Virus record (IMG/VR): IMGVR_UViG_3300027816_000081 | Location: 35,865 to 99,864 of that record | Reading direction: 5' to 3' (one strand) | DNA: 64,000 nt | From: a virus | In this document: positions 18,807 through 28,628 of the stretch, in pieces | Layout: each line of letters begins with the position of its first letter | Position numbering within the stretch: position 1 is the first letter of the stretch | Made by a program: the position numbers and the translations under genes | Notes under the pieces: generated by a model | What the model was told of the DNA's origin: nothing | The model's database searches: none | The model's input: only the letters and a program-made list of their open reading frames with translations

Positions 18807-19424
18807 TTCTATCTGCTTATGTAGATGGTCAATCGTATCGTTGTTGTCTAAGTCATAATCATATGCTATACCCACGCTGCTATACTCACTGGCGTGTACT
18901 CCATACTCATTTTCCAAAACAGCTTTAAGATTGTCCTTAACTATACTATTTGGTGTATGGTTAAACAATGCGGCTGTAGACAACCATTCAGGTTCTTCGC
19001 CGCGATGAGTTCGCATAGTGATACCACCTGCATTCTTAATGGCGACTAACTCGTTGGCAAAACGACAATCAGTAATAACGATATCGTCCTTGATATTTCG
19101 TAGTCTATTCTCTACGCTAGCAACCCAAATGTCATTGTGAAAGCTTTTACGAGCAACATCTGTTCCCCATTGCTGTAGTACCCAGCGGGGAGTAAGATGA
19201 GGGATATTAAGACGCTCTGCCCACCAAACGTCAACTTCCTCTCGCCATTCTCGGCTTGCTTTAGTTGAACCCTCAAGAAGTTCTCGGTCCCAATTGAAAA
19301 TGACTGCAACCGCATCCTTCAATGCGCCCGCAAAACTCATTCTCTTGAAACCATGAAAAGTGCAAAGATAGTCTGCGGCAGTGTCCTTGCCCGACCCGAT
19401 TAGTCCTGTAATTCCTATAATCAT
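18789..19424 (-). CDS. Deoxynucleoside monophosphate kinase (gp1-like)
   Basis: IIGITGLIGSGKDTAA P-loop, SFA..LK, TPRWVLQ.WGT, ITDCRFANE, HASE; true start likely ATG 19424. Confidence 0.92.
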   Translation of the reverse strand: MIIGITGLIGSGKDTAADYLCTFHGFKRMSFAGALKDAVAVIFNWDRELLEGSTKASREWREEVDVWWAERLNIPHLTPRWVLQQWGTDVARKSFHNDIWVASVENRLRNIKDDIVITDCRFANELVAIKNAGGITMRTHRGEEPEWLSTAALFNHTPNSIVKDNLKAVLENEYGVHASEYSSVGIAYDYDLDNNDTIDHLHKQIESIINR

Positions 19425-19430
19425 TCTTAT

Positions 19431-19459
19431 ACTATAACATAAGAATATTAGATTGTCAA
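19431..19459 (-). promoter_or_regulatory. Sigma70-like promoter TTGACA-N17-TATAGT
   Basis: Near-consensus; ATG 6 nt after the -10 box. Confidence 0.85.
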
Positions 19460-19462
19460 GCC

Positions 19463-20248
19463 TTATCCTTGAATCCAAGTTAGTGGTTGTGAATAATCCT
19501 GATACTTACGTAGATCGTCAATCAATCTTTCTTGCTCGGCTTTAGATTCAGCCTTCATAGCAGAACCATTCAAACTTGTGCCGCCGCCTGGGCCTGCAAT
19601 AGTTCCAAACTTTTCACGAGCTTCACCGATGATGCCCTTCAGAACAGCAAGAGTATAATCACCAATCCAAACACCTGCACCAGGATCCTGAATAAGTTCA
19701 ATTTCAGGACGCTGGATATCAGCCCAGATAAGAATGCGTTCACCTGAACCCTTGAAGTCACGAACCACTTTCAGTAGTTTGGTTACTGGGTTAAACGTGT
19801 AAGTTACATAACCACCAAACATACGTGCTGCAAGTTCAACATAACCGGCATAGAAGTCGTATGTAGCCATACCGCCTGTATAGTTATAGTTCAACAGGTA
19901 AGTGTTCAGAATGGCACTAGAGAACGGATCAAACGCAGTAGAGCTAGGTCCAGTTTCAAGACCTACTGTTCTACGGAATAATGCACGAACGTTGATAAAC
20001 TCTTCTGGCAGTGTGTACTCATACACGTTCTTCTCAACACGCATAAGGGTATAACTTTCAATCGTTGCGTTCTGCGCTCTTTGACGATAAAGCTTTACTG
20101 CATAGTTGTATGCAGCTTCGTAATGGTCTGGATCAAGTTCAAGATCAATGATATCGCCGCCCAAACGTAAACGAAGGTTCTCAAAGAGACCTTCCTTAAG
20201 CTGTGTTAGGTCGTAGTTAGTTGGTGTTGCTAGTGGGTCTGCTGCCAT
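19463..20248 (-). CDS. gp13: Neck/head-tail adaptor protein (gp13-like)
   Basis: LRLG...IDLEL, W...YTLA..K..IGEAREKF..I.GPGG..SLNG; late promoter. Confidence 0.8.
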   Translation of the reverse strand: MAADPLATPTNYDLTQLKEGLFENLRLRLGGDIIDLELDPDHYEAAYNYAVKLYRQRAQNATIESYTLMRVEKNVYEYTLPEEFINVRALFRRTVGLETGPSSTAFDPFSSAILNTYLLNYNYTGGMATYDFYAGYVELAARMFGGYVTYTFNPVTKLLKVVRDFKGSGERILIWADIQRPEIELIQDPGAGVWIGDYTLAVLKGIIGEAREKFGTIAGPGGGTSLNGSAMKAESKAEQERLIDDLRKYQDYSQPLTWIQG

Positions 20249-20311
20249 AATCGTTTCCTGTTAAAGTTATTTATCAGGAAACGTCATGACCTTTATTCTC
20301 TTTTAGGGTTA

Positions 20312-20551
20312 CTAAAGCTTAAAAGCTTCCTTCTCCTTAGTCTGCACACAGTTGACCACATCCTGAACAGTGTATAGATTTTCCGCTTCATCGTCGGTAA
20401 TGGAAATATTGAACGTTTCTTCAAGCGTCATTACTAATTCAATAACGTCAAGATCGTCGCCGCCCAAATCATCTACTAGGTGGTCCTGATCGCTGACTAG
20501 ATCAACCCCGAAGTGTTCAGCAACAACTTTTGAAATTACAGGGCAACTCAT
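20312..20551 (-). CDS. Acyl carrier protein homologue lacking the phosphopantetheine serine
   Basis: DDLGGDDLDVIELVMTLEETFNISITDDEAE..TVQD aligns to ACP [20 protein letters not shown]; Ser position is GAT (Asp). Confidence 0.85.
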   Translation of the reverse strand: MSCPVISKVVAEHFGVDLVSDQDHLVDDLGGDDLDVIELVMTLEETFNISITDDEAENLYTVQDVVNCVQTKEKEAFKL

Positions 20552-20964
20552 TATAGATCGCCCTCTTTGCGGTTTTCGCTGTAGTGAGCATCAAACTTAC
20601 CACCCGGATAGCGTGACTGTAGCTTGTCTACGTTTTCAGCAAGCACTTCATTAGGGTCAAGTCCGAGTGCGTTACAAGCATTAGCCCAGTACCAAGCAAT
20701 GTCGCCCAGTTCACGCTTCATATGGAAGATGTTGTCCTCATTGAGAGGTTTGCCCTGGAAGAGGATCTTCTTAACGATTTCTTCAAACTCGCCACCTTCA
20801 CTGCCGAGTCCAGTGCTTGCTGTCATTAGTAACGCAATATTGACGTTACTAGAAGCATCAAGCTCCTTAAGGCGTTCAATGAGGGCAGCTAGGTCCTTAC
20901 TCTGATCACTGCATACAGTGAGGACGAAGTCTGCGTACTTGTTTAGATCAATTTGGGTTGTCAT
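20551..20964 (-). CDS. MazG-like all-alpha NTP pyrophosphohydrolase
   Basis: GLGSEGGEFEEIVKK, ELGDIAWY, N..KL..RYP. Confidence 0.88.
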   Translation of the reverse strand: MTTQIDLNKYADFVLTVCSDQSKDLAALIERLKELDASSNVNIALLMTASTGLGSEGGEFEEIVKKILFQGKPLNEDNIFHMKRELGDIAWYWANACNALGLDPNEVLAENVDKLQSRYPGGKFDAHYSENRKEGDL

Positions 20965-20975
20965 ATATTTTCCTT

Positions 20976-22136
20976 TTAGAATGCCTTAAGAATGATCATA
21001 TCAGCGTTGAAGCGACCATTAGGTACAGCCTCAACAGCCTTGATCTCCTTGAAATACTTACGAGCAGCAGGCTTACTACCCATCAGTGCCTTAATCTGTT
21101 CAACGGGCTTGCGAAGCGTCTTAACACCCGATTCCTTCTTGTCAAAGCCAATCACAGTGTTACCCTTAACCATCAGGCACTTGCTATAATCGTCTGCGAC
21201 ATAGTGATGCATCTTGCGCTTCTTAGTGTCATAGACCCAAGCTTCGGTGCTCTCATGAAGCTTAACGGGGCTTAGACCAGTCAATTCAAGCTTGAGTGCA
21301 TCATCCTTGAACGACTTGCAGTGCTTAAGCTTAGCAACGACACGCTCGACCGGAACAGCCTTCTTAGCACGGGGCTTCTTCACAGTCTTCTTGAGTGCGA
21401 TGTATCCATTCAGTTCTGCAACGATTTCTTCAATCAGCTTGATAGCATAGCGCATTTGCAGCTTGCCAATGTTAGAGTATGCTTCGTTAAGCTGTTCATC
21501 TTTGCCTGCCTGGGCTTCACGAAATTCATCAAGAAGATGGCCCCAACGCTTAATCGCAGCAGCGATATGCTGGGGAAGAACGTTGCGCTTTTCAAGAGCA
21601 GACATTGCACGACGGTTGAGATTGAAGTCCTTAGGATACTTAGCGTCAATGAATTCGTCCCAAATCAGTTCAATGTCGCTAAGGGCCTCGTCAGCCTTTT
21701 CACGCATTACTTCCTGAATGTTGACGACCTTTTTGGGCTTTTCTTCGCCGTCAGTTTCTTCCTTCTTAGCCTTGAGTTCTGCACCTTCGGCAGCAAGACC
21801 TTCAACCCACTTCACAATGCCAGTCTTGTAGTTGTCAGGGATAATGTCAGGATTGACTTCAAGCAAATGTGCAGTGGTAGCCCAATGACTATGCATATCA
21901 ACCTTCCAGTCGGGAAGACGATTGATCTTAGTCAAGTAGTCCTTAGGGAAATTCTTCTTGATGTATTCCTTGACCTTAGTACCGCAATCCTTGCGCTCAA
22001 GATCATAGTGGACAAAGAACCTTGCCTTTTCCCAATTGTCTGTAGGCACCAAGCTAAAACGGTTAACGCCACGACGAGGGGCACGGACAGTCTTCTTAGA
22101 AGCTTTAGCTTTAATGAGGGCGGGGCGACGAGCCAT
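20976..22136 (-). CDS. Hypothetical protein (386 aa), early operon leader
   Basis: Long ORF with AGGAGA SD and consensus promoter. Confidence 0.8.
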   Translation of the reverse strand: MARRPALIKAKASKKTVRAPRRGVNRFSLVPTDNWEKARFFVHYDLERKDCGTKVKEYIKKNFPKDYLTKINRLPDWKVDMHSHWATTAHLLEVNPDIIPDNYKTGIVKWVEGLAAEGAELKAKKEETDGEEKPKKVVNIQEVMREKADEALSDIELIWDEFIDAKYPKDFNLNRRAMSALEKRNVLPQHIAAAIKRWGHLLDEFREAQAGKDEQLNEAYSNIGKLQMRYAIKLIEEIVAELNGYIALKKTVKKPRAKKAVPVERVVAKLKHCKSFKDDALKLELTGLSPVKLHESTEAWVYDTKKRKMHHYVADDYSKCLMVKGNTVIGFDKKESGVKTLRKPVEQIKALMGSKPAARKYFKEIKAVEAVPNGRFNADMIILKAF

Positions 22137-22167
22137 GTTTATCTCCTGAATTTCAGATTACTTATAC

Positions 22168-22196
22168 ACTATACAATAGCCATAGGTAATTGTCAA
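22168..22196 (-). promoter_or_regulatory. Sigma70-like promoter TTGACA-N17-TATAGT
   Basis: Consensus match in intergenic gap. Confidence 0.85.
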
Positions 22197-22204
22197 CCAA
22201 AAAA

Positions 22205-22582
22205 TTACCTAATTTTGATTTCATGTAGTGGTTTGCGCCCGCTAAACATACAGACACCTTTTTCACGAGTTAGGTCTGCTGCATTTTGCGGGTTACTGTC
22301 CCACATGGCAAACAAATCTTCATTGGTGATACCGTCTTCACAATCCATGGCGTAGATTTCATAGTGGCGGCCGGGATTGAATCGTGCCCTAAGTTGCATG
22401 GACATAAGGATATCGTCAAGTGGATTCTTGCCCGGCTTATCACCCTTGAGAATATTCCAAGTATCAAACTTATCTTGTTCTTCATACTGTGTGATTGGCA
22501 CGATGGCTTCAATTCCATACTGATTCCACATGAAGAGGTATGCGTTAGTAGTCATAGTTGCTTCCGTCACCGGCAGTTCCAT
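22205..22582 (-). CDS. Hypothetical protein
   Basis: 125-aa ORF coupled to upstream gene. Confidence 0.65.
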   Translation of the reverse strand: MELPVTEATMTTNAYLFMWNQYGIEAIVPITQYEEQDKFDTWNILKGDKPGKNPLDDILMSMQLRARFNPGRHYEIYAMDCEDGITNEDLFAMWDSNPQNAADLTREKGVCMFSGRKPLHEIKIR

Positions 22583-22938
22583 TATCCAAAAATCTTCCGC
22601 TGTTCGGAATCATCGCCGTGGGTGAAATCGTAGTCATTCAACAGGCGGAGCTTCTGCCTCTGCAGGTCGTTGATTTCTTCGGCCTGCTTTAAAACCTCAC
22701 CCATCCGCTCAACGAGACTCTTAAGATCGTGAAGGCTTGCAGGAAGATCAATCTCGGTTGCACCTTCTGCGTGGGTGCGAGTGCGAAGATAACCCTTATA
22801 CTTGGTTTCCGGTTCAAATAGTCGGTTTACTTCGTCCTTAAAGAAGGGGAGGTAGCGTGTGATATACTCAGCCTTTTCATCAATCATATGATTGAGAACC
22901 TTGAACGCAGACGATTCTATGATTTCTTGTTCGGTCAT
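22582..22938 (-). CDS. Hypothetical protein
   Basis: AAGGAG SD before ATG 22938. Confidence 0.7.
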   Translation of the reverse strand: MTEQEIIESSAFKVLNHMIDEKAEYITRYLPFFKDEVNRLFEPETKYKGYLRTRTHAEGATEIDLPASLHDLKSLVERMGEVLKQAEEINDLQRQKLRLLNDYDFTHGDDSEQRKIFG

Positions 22939-22962
22939 CAATTGTCTCCTTGCTATAATCTT

Positions 22963-22991
22963 GTTATAGCATTTTGGGTAACCGTTGTCAA
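22963..22991 (-). promoter_or_regulatory. Sigma70-like promoter TTGACA-N17-TATAAC with extended -10 TG
   Basis: GGTTGACAACGGTTACCCAAAATGCTATAAC. Confidence 0.85.
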
Positions 22992-22995
22992 CCGA

Positions 22996-23433
22996 TTAAT
23001 GAACTATTTTTCTTGCTGAATTCTTTTGGTTGGAAAAATCGTTGTTCATTACTGACTTTTTACCATGGCAGAGTTTACAAATGGTGTCTACGTTCTCCGG
23101 AACATTATTGAAATGGTCTCCGTCAAGATGCTCTAAATCCAATGCATTGAGCATGTCTAGATTTTTCCACGACTTTGATGGTACGGGGCATTTCCAACCC
23201 AGCCGGCCATCTGCGTTTTCACAGTATTCTTTTTTGTGAATCGTAATGCCCGCCATCGCCGGGCCAAAAAACCCAGTCGTTCTAGCTTTATAGCAAGTTC
23301 CGCATTCTGATTTGATAGACCAATTTTTCCAATCTCTAACCATCACCGGCCGAATGCATCCAGGATTGATACAAGTGGGCAGAGAATAACCTTCGCTAAA
23401 GAATTTTTCCTTCATTTGCGGGCCTAGTTTCAT
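22996..23433 (-). CDS. HNH endonuclease-like protein
   Basis: LDLEHLDGDHFNNVPENVDTICKLCHGKK; own promoter TTGACA-N17-TACAAG (23468-23496). Confidence 0.82.
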   Translation of the reverse strand: MKLGPQMKEKFFSEGYSLPTCINPGCIRPVMVRDWKNWSIKSECGTCYKARTTGFFGPAMAGITIHKKEYCENADGRLGWKCPVPSKSWKNLDMLNALDLEHLDGDHFNNVPENVDTICKLCHGKKSVMNNDFSNQKNSARKIVH

Positions 23434-23520
23434 ATACTAACCTTTCATTTCTGTGGTTGCAATTACGCTTGTATCATTATTGCGAACCCGTGTCAACCGT
23501 TTTTTACGATAAATAACTAT

Positions 23521-25239
23521 ATGCCAAAGTTATCATTATACCGTCCGAATAAGCAAGACGATTATCGTTTTCTAGACAGAACTATCTCCGAGCAATTGAC
23601 TGTCGGAGGTACCGATCTGTATATTCACAAGTATTTAGGGCCGCAGACAGGAAACACTTCTACAGACTTCACGCAGCCCAATTATGATGCTTTGGATCCA
23701 CTAAACATCCAAGACTTGCTGTTCTTAGAGAACCGCGATAGAGTATATGACAAGAACATCTATCGCTTACGCGGTCACTACAATGTTCAGAATCTAGACT
23801 TTGACTTAAGCCAATTTGGTTTGTTCCTGAATAATGATATAATCTTTATCACTGTCCACTACAATGATATGATAGACATTGTAGGTAGAAAACTTATGGT
23901 CGGTGACGTACTGGAACTACCGCACTTGCTAGACTATAATCCTCTTAATGAGACTATTCCTGTTGCATTGAAGCGATTCTATCAAATCACCGATGCAAAC
24001 TATGCGAGTGAAGGCTTTACGCAAACTTGGTATCCTCATCTATGGCGTATCAAATGCGAACCTCTTGTCAACAGCCAAGAGTTTAGTGACATTCTTAAAG
24101 AACCAATCAATCAAGACAACTATCTTGGCAATTGGGATAAGGATAAAACATATCCGCCGGGCTACACAATTAACTTTGGTGATAAGCTCTATGAATCTAT
24201 CATTGAGGTCCCGGCGGGTGTCACACCACCTAATCCAACATATTGGAAAGAGATTGAGAACGGCAACCTTGCTGATATTCTGTCAACCTATAACAAGAAT
24301 ATAGCAATCAATAATGCACAGCTTGAAGAAGCCAAGCGAATCGTTCCTAAAGCAGGTTATGATACGAGTAAGCTATATGTAGTACCTACATATGGAAGAT
24401 ACGAGTCTAACAATGTATTGTCAGATAAGACCAACCAGCCTGCCCCGCCTGTTGATGTTATCACTTCAAGCAATACCGGAACTGCAATTCCAGTAGAAGG
24501 AACTGTGGTGTTTATGCGTAGTCAAAAATATAAGAATCCTAGTGTTGGTATAAAGATTAAAAAAGAAGTATTAACTAGCATTTGGGATATGACTGCTGAC
24601 ATGGATATAGAGGACAAGCTAGACAAGTTTGTTCAAGCTAGCTTGAATATGGTAGAAGAAGCTCCTGTTCGCACCGAAAGCGGATCCGGATCAGTAGAAA
24701 CTACTAAGTCATTAGCAGTGCAATCATTAGGAATTATTACTGGTCCATATGGTACTGCTGATAACACTTACTCAACGGCTGACCAAGACCCGACGCAGCC
24801 TGGCTTTACAGGTGATATCACTCAGCAGATGGATTATCGTGCAGACTGCGATCCTAGATTCCAATATATCACTAGGTCAAGTCCTAGAACGTTCGGTTAT
24901 AGTGCAGGATACATGACCGGTGACGGTACTGCACCAAATGGATTCCCCGTCGGAGCTGGAATAAGTTTCCCACAGAATCCACAAGTGGGTGACTATTTCT
25001 TACGCATTGACTATATGCCGCAGTTATTATATCGTTGGGACGGTAAATTATGGATTCGTATAAGTGAAAATGTAAGAACTGATACTGGATTTACTGCGGA
25101 AGACACTTCATTGTTGTCAGGCTTTATTAACAACCAGGGCGAAATCTATCTAAATAATGCGGGAGAAGTTGTACCCGAAGCACAACCACTGTCGTCTGTG
25201 TTGCGGCCTGCTCTTGACCCAATACCCCCGGAAGTATAA
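23521..25239 (+). CDS. Neck protein (gp14-like), enlarged, with carbohydrate-binding-module-like insert
   Basis: E....GG..LYIHKYLG, DLLFLENRDR.YD, DLSQFG, GDVLELP; insert WDKDKTYPPG...GDKLY...PPNPTYWKEI. Confidence 0.7.
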   Translation: MPKLSLYRPNKQDDYRFLDRTISEQLTVGGTDLYIHKYLGPQTGNTSTDFTQPNYDALDPLNIQDLLFLENRDRVYDKNIYRLRGHYNVQNLDFDLSQFGLFLNNDIIFITVHYNDMIDIVGRKLMVGDVLELPHLLDYNPLNETIPVALKRFYQITDANYASEGFTQTWYPHLWRIKCEPLVNSQEFSDILKEPINQDNYLGNWDKDKTYPPGYTINFGDKLYESIIEVPAGVTPPNPTYWKEIENGNLADILSTYNKNIAINNAQLEEAKRIVPKAGYDTSKLYVVPTYGRYESNNVLSDKTNQPAPPVDVITSSNTGTAIPVEGTVVFMRSQKYKNPSVGIKIKKEVLTSIWDMTADMDIEDKLDKFVQASLNMVEEAPVRTESGSGSVETTKSLAVQSLGIITGPYGTADNTYSTADQDPTQPGFTGDITQQMDYRADCDPRFQYITRSSPRTFGYSAGYMTGDGTAPNGFPVGAGISFPQNPQVGDYFLRIDYMPQLLYRWDGKLWIRISENVRTDTGFTAEDTSLLSGFINNQGEIYLNNAGEVVPEAQPLSSVLRPALDPIPPEV

Positions 25240-25242
25240 TAG

Positions 25243-26619
25243 ATGGCACAGTATTTTTACGACAATCAGATAAGAAGGTTCTTAATTCAGTTTGCTAAAA
25301 TCTTTAGTAACTGGTATGTTACTAAGGGCAAGGATCCAAACGGAAATGATATTCTTGTTCGTGTGCCAATTATGTATGGAGATAGCTCTAGACAAGCATC
25401 AACGATTATTGCTAATAACTCGGCAAGCAATTTACCAAGTGCTCCGTTGATTACATATTATATCAGCGGACTAGAGTATAATCAAAAGTGGACGCAAGAG
25501 CCTACGTTTGTTGATAAAGTAAATGTTAGACAACGAGCATATAATCCCGAAACTCAGAGTTATGAAACTACGCAAGGTCAAGCATTTACAGTTGAAAGAT
25601 TGATGCCAGTTCCATATACGTTGCGTATTACTGTTGATTTTTGGACTACAAATTATCAACAGAAGTTAGAAATTATTGAACAGTTGGGAACATTATTCAA
25701 CCCAGCATTAGAACTTCAAAGTACTGATAACTTTGTTGACTGGACTTCTCTGAGTGCAGTATTCCAAGACGGATTAACTTTTACTAGTAGACAAATCCCA
25801 CAAGGCACTGGAAATCCAATAGACATACTAACTTGGAAGTTCTACATGCCCATATGGCTAACTACTGCCAGTAAGCTCAAGAAGATGGGAGTCATCCACA
25901 AAGTCATTGCTAGTATTTTCAAAGGATCTGCGCTGGACGATATTCAAGATGAAGATTTATTATTGGGTACTAGACAAAAGATTAGTCCATATGGATACAA
26001 AGTATTGCTGTTAGGCAATCAATTACAATTATTGCCTCAAGCCACTGCATTTTACCCGCCTAATAGTTCATTAGAGCAACCGGTAAATCCAAATACAGAT
26101 TTATATTGGACAAGTTTGTTAAACGTCTATGGGGCAATTAAACCCGGTATTAGTCAAATATGGTTACAAAATCCATATATGGAAGATGATATTGTAGGCA
26201 CAATTGTTCCTAATCCAGTTGATGATAGATTCTTAATCTATAATATTGACCCAGATACTCTACCGCAAAATACGCTTGATCCAATCAATGCTATTATTAA
26301 TCCCCAGTTGACCGGTCCTAATGCTGGATTGCCGGGGCCGTGGCCAAATGTTAGATATTTAATAGTTGAAGATATTGGGTTTGAGGGCGACGAAACTACT
26401 GCGTGGGGCAATTTAGTTGCTCAAGCCAATGATATTATTGAATACAATTCAACTAGCGGAGAGTGGGAAGTAGTGTTTTCCGCAGAAGAAGCCACTACAG
26501 TAGAGTTTGTGACTAATCTAACTACAAGCATACAATATAGATATGTACCGCAAGAAGGCATGTGGGTCAAATCGTATGAAGGCTGGTACAATGAAGGCGA
26601 CTATAGTATTGTAATTTAA
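25243..26619 (+). CDS. gp15: Tail sheath stabiliser/terminator (gp15-like)
   Basis: YFYD.QIRRF..QF..IFS, VP..YG, PVPY.L, EIIEQ...LFNP. Confidence 0.78.
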   Translation: MAQYFYDNQIRRFLIQFAKIFSNWYVTKGKDPNGNDILVRVPIMYGDSSRQASTIIANNSASNLPSAPLITYYISGLEYNQKWTQEPTFVDKVNVRQRAYNPETQSYETTQGQAFTVERLMPVPYTLRITVDFWTTNYQQKLEIIEQLGTLFNPALELQSTDNFVDWTSLSAVFQDGLTFTSRQIPQGTGNPIDILTWKFYMPIWLTTASKLKKMGVIHKVIASIFKGSALDDIQDEDLLLGTRQKISPYGYKVLLLGNQLQLLPQATAFYPPNSSLEQPVNPNTDLYWTSLLNVYGAIKPGISQIWLQNPYMEDDIVGTIVPNPVDDRFLIYNIDPDTLPQNTLDPINAIINPQLTGPNAGLPGPWPNVRYLIVEDIGFEGDETTAWGNLVAQANDIIEYNSTSGEWEVVFSAEEATTVEFVTNLTTSIQYRYVPQEGMWVKSYEGWYNEGDYSIVI

Positions 26620-26620
26620 T

Positions 26621-27022
26621 ATGACAAAACAAGCAGCCGGCGTATTCTTCTACAGTCAATCAACTAACAGCTTTTTATATTTACTACGTACCGACAAGCA
26701 GAACCCTACATGGAGCATTCCTGGAGGAGGTATTGAAGTTGATGAGACATTAGCAGATGGTGTCAAACGAGAATGTATGGAAGAAATGGGTTTTATTGAT
26801 CCTGGAATGAAACTAATTCCTATACAAAAGTTCACAAATGGTAGCTTCACATATCATACGTTCTTCTGTCAGGTAGAAAATGAATTCATTCCTATACTGA
26901 ATAACGAACACTGCGGGTATGCTTGGGTGCGCTCAGGGCAATATCCAAAGCCATTACACCCCGGATTGTTTTCTACAGTGAATATTGATATTGTAATTGA
27001 AAAGTTGAATAGTCTTACTTGA
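26621..27022 (+). CDS. Nudix hydrolase
   Basis: Nudix box GGGIEVDETLADGVKRECMEEMG. Confidence 0.9.
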   Translation: MTKQAAGVFFYSQSTNSFLYLLRTDKQNPTWSIPGGGIEVDETLADGVKRECMEEMGFIDPGMKLIPIQKFTNGSFTYHTFFCQVENEFIPILNNEHCGYAWVRSGQYPKPLHPGLFSTVNIDIVIEKLNSLT

Positions 27023-27373
27023 TTACATACCAAGCATTTTGGATATAACAGGCCAGCCCAATGCGCCTGCTAAAATGCCTGCACCCATCATCATCCAGCG
27101 CCACTTTTCTAGAGCAGTTACTTTCTTTTCAAGTTCACCGTGCTGAGTTTTGTTTTCTTCTTGTAAAGTGGTGAGTGTTTCTTCAAAATGAGTTTTAGCA
27201 TTTTCAATGGCGGTGTTAATGTTTGCCATATGAGTGTCAATGTGATCGCGGAAGTCCTTCAGGTCAGCTTTTAAATCATCTACTTTTTCGTTTAAATGAG
27301 TATACTGAACCTGAAGGACCGCAATTTCGGTCTCAGTCTGCTTAAGTTTTTGAACCGTACTAGTCTGAGCCAT
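27023..27373 (-). CDS. Coiled-coil protein with C-terminal transmembrane helix
   Basis: Heptad-rich N-terminus; WRWMMMGAGILAGALGWPVI. Confidence 0.7.
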   Translation of the reverse strand: MAQTSTVQKLKQTETEIAVLQVQYTHLNEKVDDLKADLKDFRDHIDTHMANINTAIENAKTHFEETLTTLQEENKTQHGELEKKVTALEKWRWMMMGAGILAGALGWPVISKMLGM

Positions 27374-27383
27374 CGTTTATTCC

Positions 27384-28628
27384 TTATGCGTTGCCAATTT
27401 GTACAATTGGGTAAGGCTGTGCATTTGCTACGTTTGCAGCAGCGGCAGCATTGAAGGTTGAGAATGCCGGGTTAGCATTCTGCAATACAATGTTACCTGT
27501 TGCAACTGGACCTGAGGTTGCAGTGAACAATTCAGCAGTGTGATCGCTCAAGCTCTGAACCTTAACAGTTGCACTGTTAGCATAAGTTGCAGTGATTGTC
27601 ATTGTGTTTGGAGTCAATGCAGCATTAGCAACGTTAGCAGTGAAGCAAGCACCGGTTAGACCAGTGGTTGTTCCTGTAACGAGATACTTTTGCTTGCCCT
27701 TTTGACGAACAATGTAACCTGCTTCCGGGGTTGCATAGATATATGCTGCTCCAGAAAGATTTGCACTTGCATCATTTACGAGAAGTGTAGTATCCTGAAG
27801 TGCATATGATTCTGCATCTTCGTTAGACAATCCAACATTTGCTCCGCCTGGTGCCAATGACACGGTGAATGCAGATGCGTTAGGAATTGCCTTAACAAAG
27901 TAAGTAGTTCCGGCACTTAAGCCACCGATATCAGCAGTTAGCACGACTGGAAGATTTGCAGTCAATGTCTGTGCGTTTCCTACAGTAGTCAAGAAGTTGC
28001 CAGTTGCGGTTGCATTTGAAATTTCAATGTTTGCAAGACCGGTTGCAGTGTCAACATAACCTAGGGTTACTGGTTGACCGTTAGCAGCAACATACTGAAT
28101 TACTGAACCTGCTGCAACGTTGCCTAAGTCAGTACCTAAGCCACCTACTACGTTGCTTGAATCAGATGCATATAGAGTACCTTCTCCATTCTGACCAATA
28201 GCAACATTGCAAAGTACTTGCTTACCGAATAGTGCAGTGTTACCACCAACTACTGAGTAAGTGTTTGCGTTTGTTGCTGGCCATTGTGGACCAAGTGGAT
28301 TGTTGAAATACATATCAACAGGAGCAACAGTTGTTGAAACTGTGCCTGATGCGGTTGACAAGTCTTTTGGAGTACTGGTTGGGTTAGCATTAAGTGGAGT
28401 TTCAGAAACAGTGAATGTGCTGTTGTTGCCAGCGTTCACTACCTTAAGAATCCAGTACAATGTACCAGCTACTAGGCCACCGATGTTAGTTGCAGTTACG
28501 AAGGGCATACCTGCAATAATACCAAGATTAGTGAAGTTTGCATTGGTTGTAACTAAATCAGTAGAGTTGGTTGTGTTTGTGATTGTGATGACTGCCTGTG
28601 CTTTGGCAATCTTTAGTGGACGACCCAT
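27384..28628 (-). CDS. Virion structural protein (MGRPLK N-terminus) with two repeated beta modules
   Basis: Late promoter, TAAGGAGA SD; GGL.AGT.Y...F.VS repeats; GYIVRQKGKQKYLV. Confidence 0.7.
   Translation of the reverse strand: MGRPLKIAKAQAVITITNTTNSTDLVTTNANFTNLGIIAGMPFVTATNIGGLVAGTLYWILKVVNAGNNSTFTVSETPLNANPTSTPKDLSTASGTVSTTVAPVDMYFNNPLGPQWPATNANTYSVVGGNTALFGKQVLCNVAIGQNGEGTLYASDSSNVVGGLGTDLGNVAAGSVIQYVAANGQPVTLGYVDTATGLANIEISNATATGNFLTTVGNAQTLTANLPVVLTADIGGLSAGTTYFVKAIPNASAFTVSLAPGGANVGLSNEDAESYALQDTTLLVNDASANLSGAAYIYATPEAGYIVRQKGKQKYLVTGTTTGLTGACFTANVANAALTPNTMTITATYANSATVKVQSLSDHTAELFTATSGPVATGNIVLQNANPAFSTFNAAAAANVANAQPYPIVQIGNA

Noticed and set aside
21321-22355. 344-aa plus-strand ORF (also 52128-52898 and 44014-44589)
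   Set aside because: Antisense to well-supported genes that have promoters and SDs; no motifs
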